Shown here in pieces: positions 42,392 through 50,889 of a stretch of 55,825 nucleotides of DNA. Location of the stretch: contig MFIU01000002.1 in the NCBI GenBank assembly GCA_001778985.1, positions 1 to 55,825 of the forward strand, given 5' to 3'. The notes under the pieces are model-generated. The model saw only the letters and a program-made list of their open reading frames with translations, was not told where the DNA came from and ran no database searches. Position numbers and translations under genes: made by a program. Source of the DNA: Candidatus Giovannonibacteria bacterium RIFOXYD1_FULL_48_21 (GTDB lineage Bacteria > Patescibacteriota > Minisyncoccia > JACPKW01 > UBA11713). The first letter of the stretch is position 1, and every line of letters begins with the position of its first letter.

Positions 42392-43405
42392 ATGGCTTTA
42401 TTCATAAAAAAACTTGGAATTGATTTGGGCACCGCGAACACGCTGGTGTTTGTTCCCAATGAAGGCGTGGTTTTGAATGAACCTTCGGTGGTGGCGGTTT
42501 CAGTGCCGGACAATAAAATTTTGGCGGTGGGGGTTGAGGCTAAAGTTATGGTCGGCAAAACTCCGGATACCATCGTGGCTTATCGTCCCATGAAGGACGG
42601 AGTAATCGCCGACTATCGCGTGACCGAAGCGATGCTGCGCTACTATATTAATAAAGCGCTCGGCCGCTGGAATCTTTTCAAACCGGAAGTGATGGTTTCG
42701 GTTCCGGCCGGAGTCACTTCCACCGAGCGGCGTTCCGTGGTGGAGGCGGCCATCAAAGCCGGAGCCAGAGCCGCCTATGTGATGAAAGAGCCGATTCTGG
42801 CCGCCATCGGAGCCGGCATTCCTATTTATGAACCCACGGGACACATGGTGGTGGATATCGGCGGCGGCACCACTGATTCGGCGGTAATATCGCTTGGCGG
42901 CATCGTGGCTTCCGCTTCCCTGAAAGTCGCCGGCAATCGCATTGACCAGGCGATCGCCGACTACATCAAAAAGACTTTCAACCTCGCCATCGGAGAACGG
43001 AGCGCCGAGGAGATTAAAATCGCTATCGGCTCCGCCATTCCGGTGGAAAAGGAAGACAGCTGGGAGGTTAAAGGGCGGGACTTCTTGACCGGCCTGCCGC
43101 GAGCAACCAAGGTGAGTTCCAATGAAATTGTGAAAGCCATTGACGGCGAATTGAAAGAAATAATGAAAACGATTAAGGGAGTTCTGCAGGAAACTCCGCC
43201 GGAGCTCGCGTCGGACATTATTGACCAGGGAATCGTCATGACCGGCGGCACCTCCCTTCTAAGAAATATCGACGAGCTGGTTTATCGTTCTACCGGGGTT
43301 AAGGCGCGAATCGCGGAAGAACCTCTTTTGTGCGTGGCCAAAGGAACCGGGATTGCGCTCGAGCATCTGGAGGTTTATAAAAAGAGTATTCTCGCCAAGC
43401 GATGA
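42392..43405 (+). CDS. mreB: rod-shape-determining protein MreB (paralog 1)
   Basis: GIDLGTANTLV, RPMKDGVIAD, VDIGGGTTD.AVISLGGIV, G.V.TGGTSLL. Confidence 0.92.
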   Translation: MALFIKKLGIDLGTANTLVFVPNEGVVLNEPSVVAVSVPDNKILAVGVEAKVMVGKTPDTIVAYRPMKDGVIADYRVTEAMLRYYINKALGRWNLFKPEVMVSVPAGVTSTERRSVVEAAIKAGARAAYVMKEPILAAIGAGIPIYEPTGHMVVDIGGGTTDSAVISLGGIVASASLKVAGNRIDQAIADYIKKTFNLAIGERSAEEIKIAIGSAIPVEKEDSWEVKGRDFLTGLPRATKVSSNEIVKAIDGELKEIMKTIKGVLQETPPELASDIIDQGIVMTGGTSLLRNIDELVYRSTGVKARIAEEPLLCVAKGTGIALEHLEVYKKSILAKR

Positions 43406-44076
43406 TTTTAGGGAAAAATCCGGAAAAATTTCTAAAAAAGTTTTTCTCCGCCGCCTCGGCCCAGGCCTTTCTTTTGGTCGGCGGCGACGAAGGCCTGGAG
43501 AATCTTTTGATTCGGTTCTTGAGCCGCGGAGCCCAGACTGAATTTGACCTTCGGGTTTACGGAGGAGATTCGCTCAAGATTGACGAAGCCCGCGAAATCC
43601 ATCGGGCCGCGGGCCAAAGCGCTCTGGCCGGAGCGAAAATATTTCTGCTTAAAAATAATTTTATCGCGCCGGAAGCCGAGGCCACGCTTTTGAAGACTTT
43701 GGAGGAACCCTACCCTGATACCTATTTCATCATCTCGCTCGCTTCCGAGGCCGCGCTCTCGCCCCCGCTTCTCTCCCGGCTTACCGTTTTTAAAACCTCT
43801 CCGCCCGAGCTTGAAAAAAACAAAAAAGCTTGGAAGCCTGGTTTGGGCGAAGCCGCCTCGCTCGCCAAGGACCGAAGGGAAACCGAGGATTTTTTCAGGC
43901 GGCTCGAATGGTGGCTCGAGGAAAAACTTCAGGCCGCACCGCGGGAAAAGTTTCGGCTCTTGAGAAATTTTTTGGAAGACCTGCTCCAGACCAAAAAACT
44001 TTTTCTTGAAAAAACTTATTCCAGCCGCATGCTCTTGGAGCATCTGATTATCTCTAAATTCTACCTGGAGCCATGA
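43402..44076 (+). CDS. holB: DNA polymerase III delta'-like subunit (no Walker A)
   Basis: Motifs are AFLLVGGDE, K.D..REI and A.A.LLKTLEEPYPDTYFI....... ..LLSRLTVF. Confidence 0.6.
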   Translation: MILGKNPEKFLKKFFSAASAQAFLLVGGDEGLENLLIRFLSRGAQTEFDLRVYGGDSLKIDEAREIHRAAGQSALAGAKIFLLKNNFIAPEAEATLLKTLEEPYPDTYFIISLASEAALSPPLLSRLTVFKTSPPELEKNKKAWKPGLGEAASLAKDRRETEDFFRRLEWWLEEKLQAAPREKFRLLRNFLEDLLQTKKLFLEKTYSSRMLLEHLIISKFYLEP

Positions 44077-45155
44077 GCCCCGTTAGAAATAAATCCCGCG
44101 GGGCGATAACGCTGGGAATGGTGATCGCGGTCGTGATTATCGCCGTGATTCTGATAGTGACTTTGATTGTCTTGTGGCCGGTTTTTAAAGGAGAGAAAGG
44201 GGTGAGCCCCAGCCAGAGCGTCTTATTCCGGAGCGAAGACGGCGCGAACACCTGGAAACCCTTGGAGAAGTTCCCGGGCGGAGAAATTTTGACTTTAGAT
44301 TTTGACGCCCGCGACCCGTCTACTCTTTTGGTCGGGACGAGGCGCCGAGGCCTGTGGCAGGGTAAAACCTCCGGCGAAGAGTGGCGGCAATTTCCCGGAG
44401 GGCTCGGCGAGAACTCCCAAATTTTCGACTTACTGGATTTGCCCACCGCCGAAAAGCTCATCGCTTTGGTTTTATTTTCAAATCGCGGCCGGGTCATCAA
44501 GCTTGAGGAAGATACCAGGACCGAGCTCTTGTTCACGCCGCTTGAGCGCTTTGCTTATTTCCAGGGAGACCTGACGCCGGACGGAAAATTGAGGGTGATT
44601 GGTTCGGACGGCGGTTTTTATGAATCGCGAAATCAAGGCGCCACTTGGCGCTCCCTGGCTCGTTTTCAAGAAGGTTTGGCGCTGATGGCGGTAAACTCCG
44701 CCAATGCTGGCGAAATTTGGGTGTTGGATTCCAGGGGTTCACTCTTTTACAGCCAGAGTGGGGGAATTTCCTGGAAAGATTTGACCGACGGCTTAAAAAA
44801 TTTTCAGGGCGCCATGGAGGCAGAAGTTATTTTATTCGAACCGAGAGCCGGCCTTCTTTATCACGGCTCCAGGCACGGACTTTTGAAGTCGTCTGACCGC
44901 GGCCGGAGCTGGGAGAGGGTTAATCTTACTTTGGCTCCGGAGGTGCTTCCGGTTTCGGCTTTGGCGGCGGATCCTTCCGACCCGAATAAGCTCATCGTCG
45001 GCGCTCAAGGCCAGCTTTATATTTCTCAAGACGGCGGGATAAGCTGGCGAGGGATTCAGCTGGCTTCAAGCGGCAGTATCGCCGCGATTTTATTCGACCC
45101 TAAAAATTCGAACAATGTTTTCATCGGCCTTAAGACCGGCCAGCGCTTGAGATGA
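44073..45155 (+). CDS. membrane-anchored BNR/Asp-box repeat beta-propeller protein
   Basis: It has an N-terminal TM segment and five SxDxGxxW boxes (SEDGANTW, SRNQGATW, SQSGGISW, SSDRGRSW, SQDGGISW). Codons 2-6 are encoded by a partial class A element (44078-44090). Confidence 0.7.
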   Translation: MSPVRNKSRGAITLGMVIAVVIIAVILIVTLIVLWPVFKGEKGVSPSQSVLFRSEDGANTWKPLEKFPGGEILTLDFDARDPSTLLVGTRRRGLWQGKTSGEEWRQFPGGLGENSQIFDLLDLPTAEKLIALVLFSNRGRVIKLEEDTRTELLFTPLERFAYFQGDLTPDGKLRVIGSDGGFYESRNQGATWRSLARFQEGLALMAVNSANAGEIWVLDSRGSLFYSQSGGISWKDLTDGLKNFQGAMEAEVILFEPRAGLLYHGSRHGLLKSSDRGRSWERVNLTLAPEVLPVSALAADPSDPNKLIVGAQGQLYISQDGGISWRGIQLASSGSIAAILFDPKNSNNVFIGLKTGQRLR

Positions 45156-45703
45156 CTTACGATTTCAAAAAACTCGAAGAACGTTTCTTAAATCTCGCCA
45201 AGCATTTTGAGTCGGAGATCGCTTCTTTGAGAACCGGACGAGCGAGTTCGGCCTTGTTGGAGAACATTAAAGTCGAAGCGTACGGAGTTTCTAATCTGTT
45301 GAAGAACGTCGCCTCGATTATCGCGGAGGACCCCAAAACGCTTTTGGTTGAGCCTTGGGATAAATCCCTTCTGGAAGTAATCGGAAAAGCGCTGGAGGCC
45401 TCGAATCTGGGCGCGAAGCCCATCGCGGTAAAAGATTCCATCCGAATCGCTCTGCCGTCCCTTACCGAAGAGCGGCGCGGAGCCCTTCTCAAAATATTGA
45501 AAGAAAAATTGGAAGAAACCAGAATTTCTCTCCGCAAAGCCCGGGACGAAGTCTGGAAAGAAATTCAGGATAAAGAGCGCAAAAAAGAAATAAGCGAAGA
45601 CGAAAAATTCCGTCTGAAAGGACAAATGGAAGAGAGGGTCAAGAAAGGCGGCGAGAAGCTCGAGGAGCTTTCCAGGAAAAAAGAACGCGAAATAATGGAA
45701 TGA
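45152..45703 (+). CDS. frr: ribosome recycling factor
   Basis: L.TGRAS..LLE.I.VE.YG; P.LTEERR..L.K..K...E..R...R..R. Confidence 0.92.
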   Translation: MTYDFKKLEERFLNLAKHFESEIASLRTGRASSALLENIKVEAYGVSNLLKNVASIIAEDPKTLLVEPWDKSLLEVIGKALEASNLGAKPIAVKDSIRIALPSLTEERRGALLKILKEKLEETRISLRKARDEVWKEIQDKERKKEISEDEKFRLKGQMEERVKKGGEKLEELSRKKEREIME

Positions 45704-45726
45704 GTAGTTAAATGGTAGTTTTTTCA

Positions 45727-45757
45727 AAATTCCTATACTATAGCGATCGCAAAAGTA
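45727..45757 (+). repeat. 31-bp direct repeat, copy 1 (AAATTCCTATACTATAGCGATCGCAAAAGTA), abutting the ATG of the PaaX-like gene
   Basis: It matches 46314-46344 at 30 of 31 positions and contains the palindrome GCGATCGC and a TATACT box. Confidence 0.9.
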
Positions 45758-46315
45758 ATGGCAAAATATTACTATAGCCCGGCTAAGCAAAAAGCGTTAC
45801 TGCTGCTCGCCAGCGGAATTATTTTAGGATTGTCTCGTTCTCCCAAGGTACATTGGCGTATATTGAAGAATATTCCGAAAGCATGGAGGGAAATTGACCG
45901 CAAGACGCTGCGCCGGATTGTCCAGGAATTGAAGTATGACCGTCTGGTAGATTTTAAGGAAGAACCCGACGGAACAATTTCTGTAGTGCTCAATGAGAAG
46001 GGGAAAAAGATACGACTAAATTATGATTTAGAGAATATGACAATCAAACAGCCCAGCCGCTGGGATAGAAAGTGGCGGATAGTTGTTTTCGATATTCCAG
46101 AGAAGAAAAAAGCCGCGCGCGAAGCATTGCGAAAAAAACTTCTCGATCTAGAATTTTATCAGCTGCAGCGCAGTGTTTTGGTGCATCCATATGAATGCAA
46201 AAGTGAAATCGCCTTTATCTCCGAGTTTTTTGAAATACGGAGTAACCTCCGATATATAGCCGCCGAGCATATAGATAACGAGGCGGAATTGAAATTGCAT
46301 TTTGGTTTGAACTAA
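45758..46315 (+). CDS. winged-helix / PaaX-C-terminal-like (Cas2-fold-like) putative transcription regulator
   Basis: WDRKWRIVVFDIPEKKKAAREALRKKLLDLEFYQLQRSVLVHP resembles the PaaX C-terminal pattern W.G.W..V.FDIPE..R..R..LR..L...GF..L..SVW..P. The family assignment comes from recollection of the motif only. Confidence 0.45.
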   Translation: MAKYYYSPAKQKALLLLASGIILGLSRSPKVHWRILKNIPKAWREIDRKTLRRIVQELKYDRLVDFKEEPDGTISVVLNEKGKKIRLNYDLENMTIKQPSRWDRKWRIVVFDIPEKKKAAREALRKKLLDLEFYQLQRSVLVHPYECKSEIAFISEFFEIRSNLRYIAAEHIDNEAELKLHFGLN

Positions 46316-46344
46316 ATTCTTATACTATAGCGATCGCAAAAGTA
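46314..46344 (+). repeat. 31-bp direct repeat, copy 2, immediately after the stop of the PaaX-like gene
   Basis: AAATTCTTATACTATAGCGATCGCAAAAGTA lies 587 bp downstream of copy 1. Confidence 0.9.
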
Positions 46345-46357
46345 CGGGAATAAAGAC

Positions 46358-46386
46358 TTTGCAAAACGAATAATGTAGGCTAGAAT
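46358..46386 (+). promoter_or_regulatory. candidate promoter of rseP (leaderless geometry)
   Basis: The -35 is TTTGCA (46358-46363), the spacer is 17 bp, and the -10 is TAGAAT (46381-46386). The ATG follows 6 nt downstream. Confidence 0.5.
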
Positions 46387-46392
46387 TTACTC

Positions 46393-47445
46393 ATGTTTCT
46401 TACGATTTTGACTTTTTTAGTTATCCTGCTGGTTTTGGTGCTGGCGCATGAATTCGGGCATTTTATATTTGCGAAATTCTACGGCGTAAAAGTGGAGGAA
46501 TTCGCGTTTGGATTTCCTCCGAGAATCGCGAGTTTTCAAAAAGGAGAAACAAAATATTCGCTGAATCTCCTGCCTTTAGGCGGGTTCGTGAAGATTAAGG
46601 GAGAGGAGGGAGAAGAGGATTTTGACCCGAGAAGTTTTTCTTCGCAAAGATTTCTTACCAAAATTTTAATCGTGGCGGCTGGGGTGGTTTTTAATCTGCT
46701 CCTGGCTTATTTTCTTTTCGCCGGAGGTTTTATTTTAGGAACGCCAGTGCCGCTCGAGGATAATGACCAAAATCCGACAGCCGAGATTAGAATCAGCGAG
46801 GTGCAAAAAGATTCGCCCGCCCAGGAGGCGGGGCTTTTGCCCGGAGATGAAATTTTATCCTTCTCCAAGATCGCGGACGTTCAGAATTTTATCCAGGCCC
46901 ATCGGGGCGAGAAAGTCACGGTTCGGATTGGGCGTGGCAAGGAAATTTTGGAGCGAGAAATTCTTCTTCGAAAGGAGGTTCGGCCCGGGGAAGGCGCTTT
47001 GGGCATCGCCATGGTCAGAATTGGGGTCGAGAGATTAGGAATTTTTCAGGCGCTGGGAAAAGGTTTTTACACCACTGCGAGTCTGACCCGGCTTACCGCC
47101 CAAGCGCTTTTTGGTTTTTTCGGTGAAATTTTTACCGGCCGGGCTTCGTTCGAAGGGGTTTCGGGTCCGGTTGGGATTGTGAACCTCGTGGGTGATTTCT
47201 CCCGCTTCGGCCTCAATTTTTTAATTCAGCTGACCGCGCTTTTATCCATAAACTTGGCCCTAATTAACCTCATTCCTTTCCCGGGTCTGGACGGCGGAAG
47301 AATTTTATTATTAGCGCTTGAGAAAATGAAAGGCTCGCCTTTTCACTGGAAATTCACCCGCCTCGTCCATGCTGCTGGATTTGTCCTGCTCTTGCTCCTG
47401 ATGATTTTGGTAACCTACCATGATATACTCAAACTTAATTCATGA
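46393..47445 (+). CDS. rseP: RIP (site-2) zinc metalloprotease RseP
   Basis: It has HEFGHF, a central PDZ domain (SPA.EAGL.PGD.I), and a C-terminal NL.P.P.LDGG. Confidence 0.9.
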   Translation: MFLTILTFLVILLVLVLAHEFGHFIFAKFYGVKVEEFAFGFPPRIASFQKGETKYSLNLLPLGGFVKIKGEEGEEDFDPRSFSSQRFLTKILIVAAGVVFNLLLAYFLFAGGFILGTPVPLEDNDQNPTAEIRISEVQKDSPAQEAGLLPGDEILSFSKIADVQNFIQAHRGEKVTVRIGRGKEILEREILLRKEVRPGEGALGIAMVRIGVERLGIFQALGKGFYTTASLTRLTAQALFGFFGEIFTGRASFEGVSGPVGIVNLVGDFSRFGLNFLIQLTALLSINLALINLIPFPGLDGGRILLLALEKMKGSPFHWKFTRLVHAAGFVLLLLLMILVTYHDILKLNS

Positions 47446-47470
47446 CCCGTTCGGCAAGCTCAGGGTCATG
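47441..47470 (+). other. 8-bp-stem hairpin overlapping the rseP stop; the loop resembles the TTCGACAGGCTCAGGG element
   Basis: In CATGACCC-N14-GGGTCATG the loop plus stem read GTTCGGCAAGCTCAGGG. No T-tract follows. Confidence 0.5.
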
Positions 47471-47487
47471 TTGAGTCATATCGAAAC

Positions 47488-48708
47488 ATGAGATTTTCCG
47501 ATTTTTTTGCAAAGACATTGCGAACGCCTCCGAGAGATGAGGAGAGCGTAAATTCGAAACTTTTGATTCAGGCCGGATTTGTAAATAAGCTCGCGGCCGG
47601 CGTCTATACTTTTTTGCCACTGGGTCTTCGAGTTTTGGATAAAATCGAGAATATTGTTCGAGAAGAGATGAATGCCGCGGGCGGAGCTGAGCTTTTAATG
47701 CCGGCTTTGCATCCAGCGGAGAACTGGTCAAAAACCGGACGCTGGCAGTCTTTTGACGCCCTTTTCAAAACAAAAGGAAAGAACGGAAGCGAATACGCCC
47801 TAGGCCCGACCCATGAAGAAGTCATCTATCCGCTACTGAAGCATTTTGTCTCCTCTTACAAAGACCTGCCGCTCGCACTTTATCAGATTCAGACCAAGTT
47901 CAGGGACGAGCCGCGCGCCAAATCAGGGCTTTTGCGCTCTCGGGAGTTTCGGATGAAGGATTTATACAGCTTCCATGCGGACGTCAAAGACCGGGACCGC
48001 TACTACGAGGTGATGCGAAAAGCTTATCTCAAAATTTTTAAGCGCTTGGACCTCGGGGCCGTCCAAACCAAGGCTTCGGGCGGAACTTTTTCAGAGTTTT
48101 CTGCGGAGTTTCAGGTGGTCTCTGAAGCCGGAGAAGATATTATTTATTACTGCCAGTCTTGTCGGAAAGCTGTCAATAAAGAGATTACTTCACAGAAAGC
48201 TCCAAAATGCTATGATTGCGGCGGAGAAACCGAGGAGAAGCGGGCCATTGAAGTTGGGAATATTTTTCCGCTCAAGAAAAAATTCGCGGAGGATTTTAAT
48301 TTGACTTTCAAGGATAAAGAAGGTAGGGATAGATTGGTTGAGGCTGGTTGCTATGGATTGGGAACTTCGCGCGCGATGGGAACGATTGTCGAGACGCATC
48401 ATGACAAGAAGGGAATTGTCTGGCCCGAGAGTGCGGCCCCGTTTCGAGTACATTTGGTCGAAATTCAGGTGAAGGCTGAAAAAGTATATCAAGCGCTTGT
48501 GGAGGAGGGAGTCGAGGTGCTCTACGATGACCGGAAGGAGGCGACGGCAGGAGAGAAATTTGCGGATGCAGATTTGATAGGGATTCCGTGGAGGGCGGTG
48601 ATTTCGGAGAAGACCGGCGATGAGATTGAACTTAAGCGCAGGGATTTGGAAGACACTAAACTAGTTTCAGTTAGGGAACTGATAAAAAAGTTTAAACATG
48701 CTGGATAA
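47488..48708 (+). CDS. proS: prolyl-tRNA synthetase lacking the INS editing domain (406 aa)
   Basis: Motifs are GPTHEEVI, QIQTKFRDEPR.K.GLLR.REF.MKD.YSFH and GCYG.G.SR. A short CxxC-N13-CxxC segment occupies the position where the bacterial INS domain normally sits. Confidence 0.88.
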   Translation: MRFSDFFAKTLRTPPRDEESVNSKLLIQAGFVNKLAAGVYTFLPLGLRVLDKIENIVREEMNAAGGAELLMPALHPAENWSKTGRWQSFDALFKTKGKNGSEYALGPTHEEVIYPLLKHFVSSYKDLPLALYQIQTKFRDEPRAKSGLLRSREFRMKDLYSFHADVKDRDRYYEVMRKAYLKIFKRLDLGAVQTKASGGTFSEFSAEFQVVSEAGEDIIYYCQSCRKAVNKEITSQKAPKCYDCGGETEEKRAIEVGNIFPLKKKFAEDFNLTFKDKEGRDRLVEAGCYGLGTSRAMGTIVETHHDKKGIVWPESAAPFRVHLVEIQVKAEKVYQALVEEGVEVLYDDRKEATAGEKFADADLIGIPWRAVISEKTGDEIELKRRDLEDTKLVSVRELIKKFKHAG

Positions 48709-49750
48709 AATTTTTGGATATTTTTCGCACGACATCGGCATTGACCTGGGTACGGCCAATACCCTCGTGTATCTGCGGGGCCGGGGGATTATTATCAATG
48801 AACCTTCCGTGGTCGCGGTGAATCAAAAAACCGGGCAGGTGGTGGCCATCGGCGAGGAGGCGCGGCGCATGGTGGGCCGAACCCCGGGCCATATTGTTGC
48901 GATTAGACCGCTGGTGGAGGGGGTAATTTCGGATTTTGAGATTACGGAAGAAATGCTCTCTTATTTCATCAAGAAGGCTCATCCGGACAAGCCGCAGTTT
49001 TTTTCCCGGCCCCGAATAGTAATCGGGATTCCTTCCGGAATTACCGAAGTGGAGCGCCGGGCGGTGCACGACGCCGCCAAGAATGCCGGAGCTCGGGAAG
49101 TTTATCTGGTGGAAGAGCCGATGGCCGCGGCGATCGGCGTGAAACTGCTCATTCAAGAGCCGGTCGGGAACATGGTGATTGATATCGGCGGCGGCACCAC
49201 CGACATCGCGGTAATATCGCTCGGCGGCATCGTTTCTTCCAAAAATTTGAGAGTGGCCGGCGACCGCTTCAACCAGGACATCATTAATTACGTGCGGGAT
49301 GAATTTAAACTGCTCTTGGGCGAGCGGACGGCAGAGGATGTGAAAATCGCCATCGGTTCGGCCTGGAAGAATCCCCAGACTTTGGAGTCCACGGTGCGGG
49401 GCCGGGATCTCGTCACCGGACTTCCGCGCGAAGTTATCGTCACCGACGCCGACATCCGGGAGGCGCTTTCCAAATCAATCCGCACCATAGTCGAAGCCAG
49501 CAAAGAAGTAATTGAGAAGACTCCGCCGGAGTTGGTCTCTGACATCATGCATCGCGGAATTCTCTTGGTGGGAGGAGGTTCGTATCTGAAGGGGATCGAG
49601 AAGCTTTTGGAAGTGGAGACCAAGATTCCAGTTCGCGTGGCCGAGGACCCCATGACGGCGGTGGTGCGGGGTTGCGGCATAATCCTGGAAGAGCTTGAGC
49701 TTCTTCGGGAATCCTTGGTGCAACATGAAGAAGAACTTCCGCCTACTTAG
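48698..49750 (+). CDS. mreB: rod-shape-determining protein MreB (paralog 2, linked to mreCD-PBP2)
   Basis: GIDLGTANTLVY, RPL..GVISDF, IDIGGGTTDIAVISLGGIV, GILLVGGGS.L.G. Confidence 0.92.
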   Translation: MLDKIFGYFSHDIGIDLGTANTLVYLRGRGIIINEPSVVAVNQKTGQVVAIGEEARRMVGRTPGHIVAIRPLVEGVISDFEITEEMLSYFIKKAHPDKPQFFSRPRIVIGIPSGITEVERRAVHDAAKNAGAREVYLVEEPMAAAIGVKLLIQEPVGNMVIDIGGGTTDIAVISLGGIVSSKNLRVAGDRFNQDIINYVRDEFKLLLGERTAEDVKIAIGSAWKNPQTLESTVRGRDLVTGLPREVIVTDADIREALSKSIRTIVEASKEVIEKTPPELVSDIMHRGILLVGGGSYLKGIEKLLEVETKIPVRVAEDPMTAVVRGCGIILEELELLRESLVQHEEELPPT

Positions 49751-50447
49751 AATTATTTTAGTCGGGATTTTTCTCTTGGCTTTAGCGTGGCTGGTTCGAG
49801 AGAATTGGAAGAGCGAGAGCCGCGAAGCCGGAGCGCCTTTCTTTAGGATGGCCGGAAGTTTTAGAAATTTTTTCGGGTTAAACGAACGGAGCGCCGAGCT
49901 TGAAGCCCAGAAGGAAGAACTCCGGATAAAACTTGAGAGCCTGGAGGCCCGGGAAAGCGAGTTTAAGGACTTGGAGAAATTTTTAGTCGCCGAACGTCCT
50001 TCTGGAAAAATCGCGCTCATTTTAAGCCAAGCGCCGAGTTCGCCTTACGACACGCTTTTGCTCTCGGCCGGCCGGGAAGACGGAGTTACGGCCGGATTTA
50101 AAGCTTTAGCCTATGGCGGGATATTTTTGGGGAAAGTGGAAGAGAGCGGCGAGAGGACCTCGCTCGTAAAATTGATTTCTTTCCCGGGGCTTCAGAGCGA
50201 AGCCTGGCTGGAACGCCTGGCTCTTAACGTAACCCTGGAGGGGCAAGGCGGCTACAATCTTCGTTTTTTCCTGCCCAAGAGCGCGGTCGTTCAAATAGGC
50301 GAGCGCGTTCTTTCCAACACCCGGCCGAGTTTCATAATCGGACAGGTGGAGAGGATAAATGAAAAAACATCCGAGCCTCTCGCGGAGATTATTCTTCGTC
50401 TCCCTCTGAATATCAGAAACTTGCGCTATGTGGAACTTCTTCCTTAG
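49725..50447 (+). CDS. mreC: rod-shape-determining protein MreC
   Basis: It has an N-terminal TM segment, a coiled coil (ELEAQKEELRIKLESLEARESE) and a beta-rich C-terminus. It lies between mreB and mreD. The start is taken at ATG 49725. Confidence 0.75.
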   Translation: MKKNFRLLRIILVGIFLLALAWLVRENWKSESREAGAPFFRMAGSFRNFFGLNERSAELEAQKEELRIKLESLEARESEFKDLEKFLVAERPSGKIALILSQAPSSPYDTLLLSAGREDGVTAGFKALAYGGIFLGKVEESGERTSLVKLISFPGLQSEAWLERLALNVTLEGQGGYNLRFFLPKSAVVQIGERVLSNTRPSFIIGQVERINEKTSEPLAEIILRLPLNIRNLRYVELLP

Positions 50448-50889
50448 AAGTTTAATTTTTTTCCTTCTTTTTTTTCTGGGACTCGCCTGGGGCTGGGAGT
50501 TTATGTTCGCGGGTTTGATTTTCGCGTTAATGCTGGCTCCGCCGCGCCCCGAATATTTATTTTTAGGCCTAGGTTATGACCTTTTGTTTTCTTTTCCAAC
50601 CGGTTTCTTTACCGTCATCCTTCTTTCGGTCGTACTCGTTGCTCTGACGCTCGCGCGGTTTTTTAAAGAAGACAGCTTCTCGAGCCTTTTGGTGGGGCTC
50701 ACCGCGGCCGCTTTTACGGCGAGCCTAGCCGCTTTCCTTTTCTTTCTTAAAAGTTTTTGGCCCGGCTTCCCGACGGCTCTGAAATTTGCGGGCCTTTCTT
50801 TCGTCAAGATTTTCTTGCCGCTTCTCGTTTTGGCGGTTTTATTTAAAGTTATAGAATTAAGCCGTGGCCAGAAAATTTTTTCAAAATAA
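50428..50889 (+). CDS. mreD: MreD-like integral membrane protein
   Basis: The 153-aa product has about 5 TM segments. The call rests on position and topology (mreC-[this]-PBP2) only. Confidence 0.55.
   Translation: MWNFFLRSLIFFLLFFLGLAWGWEFMFAGLIFALMLAPPRPEYLFLGLGYDLLFSFPTGFFTVILLSVVLVALTLARFFKEDSFSSLLVGLTAAAFTASLAAFLFFLKSFWPGFPTALKFAGLSFVKIFLPLLVLAVLFKVIELSRGQKIFSK

Noticed and set aside
45758-46315. Cas2-like fold as a hint of a CRISPR-Cas locus.
   Set aside because: No repeat-spacer array, cas1 or any other cas gene is present in the window. The FDIPE…SVxVxP pattern also fits the PaaX C-terminal domain of transcription regulators, and the protein has an N-terminal winged-helix-like half.
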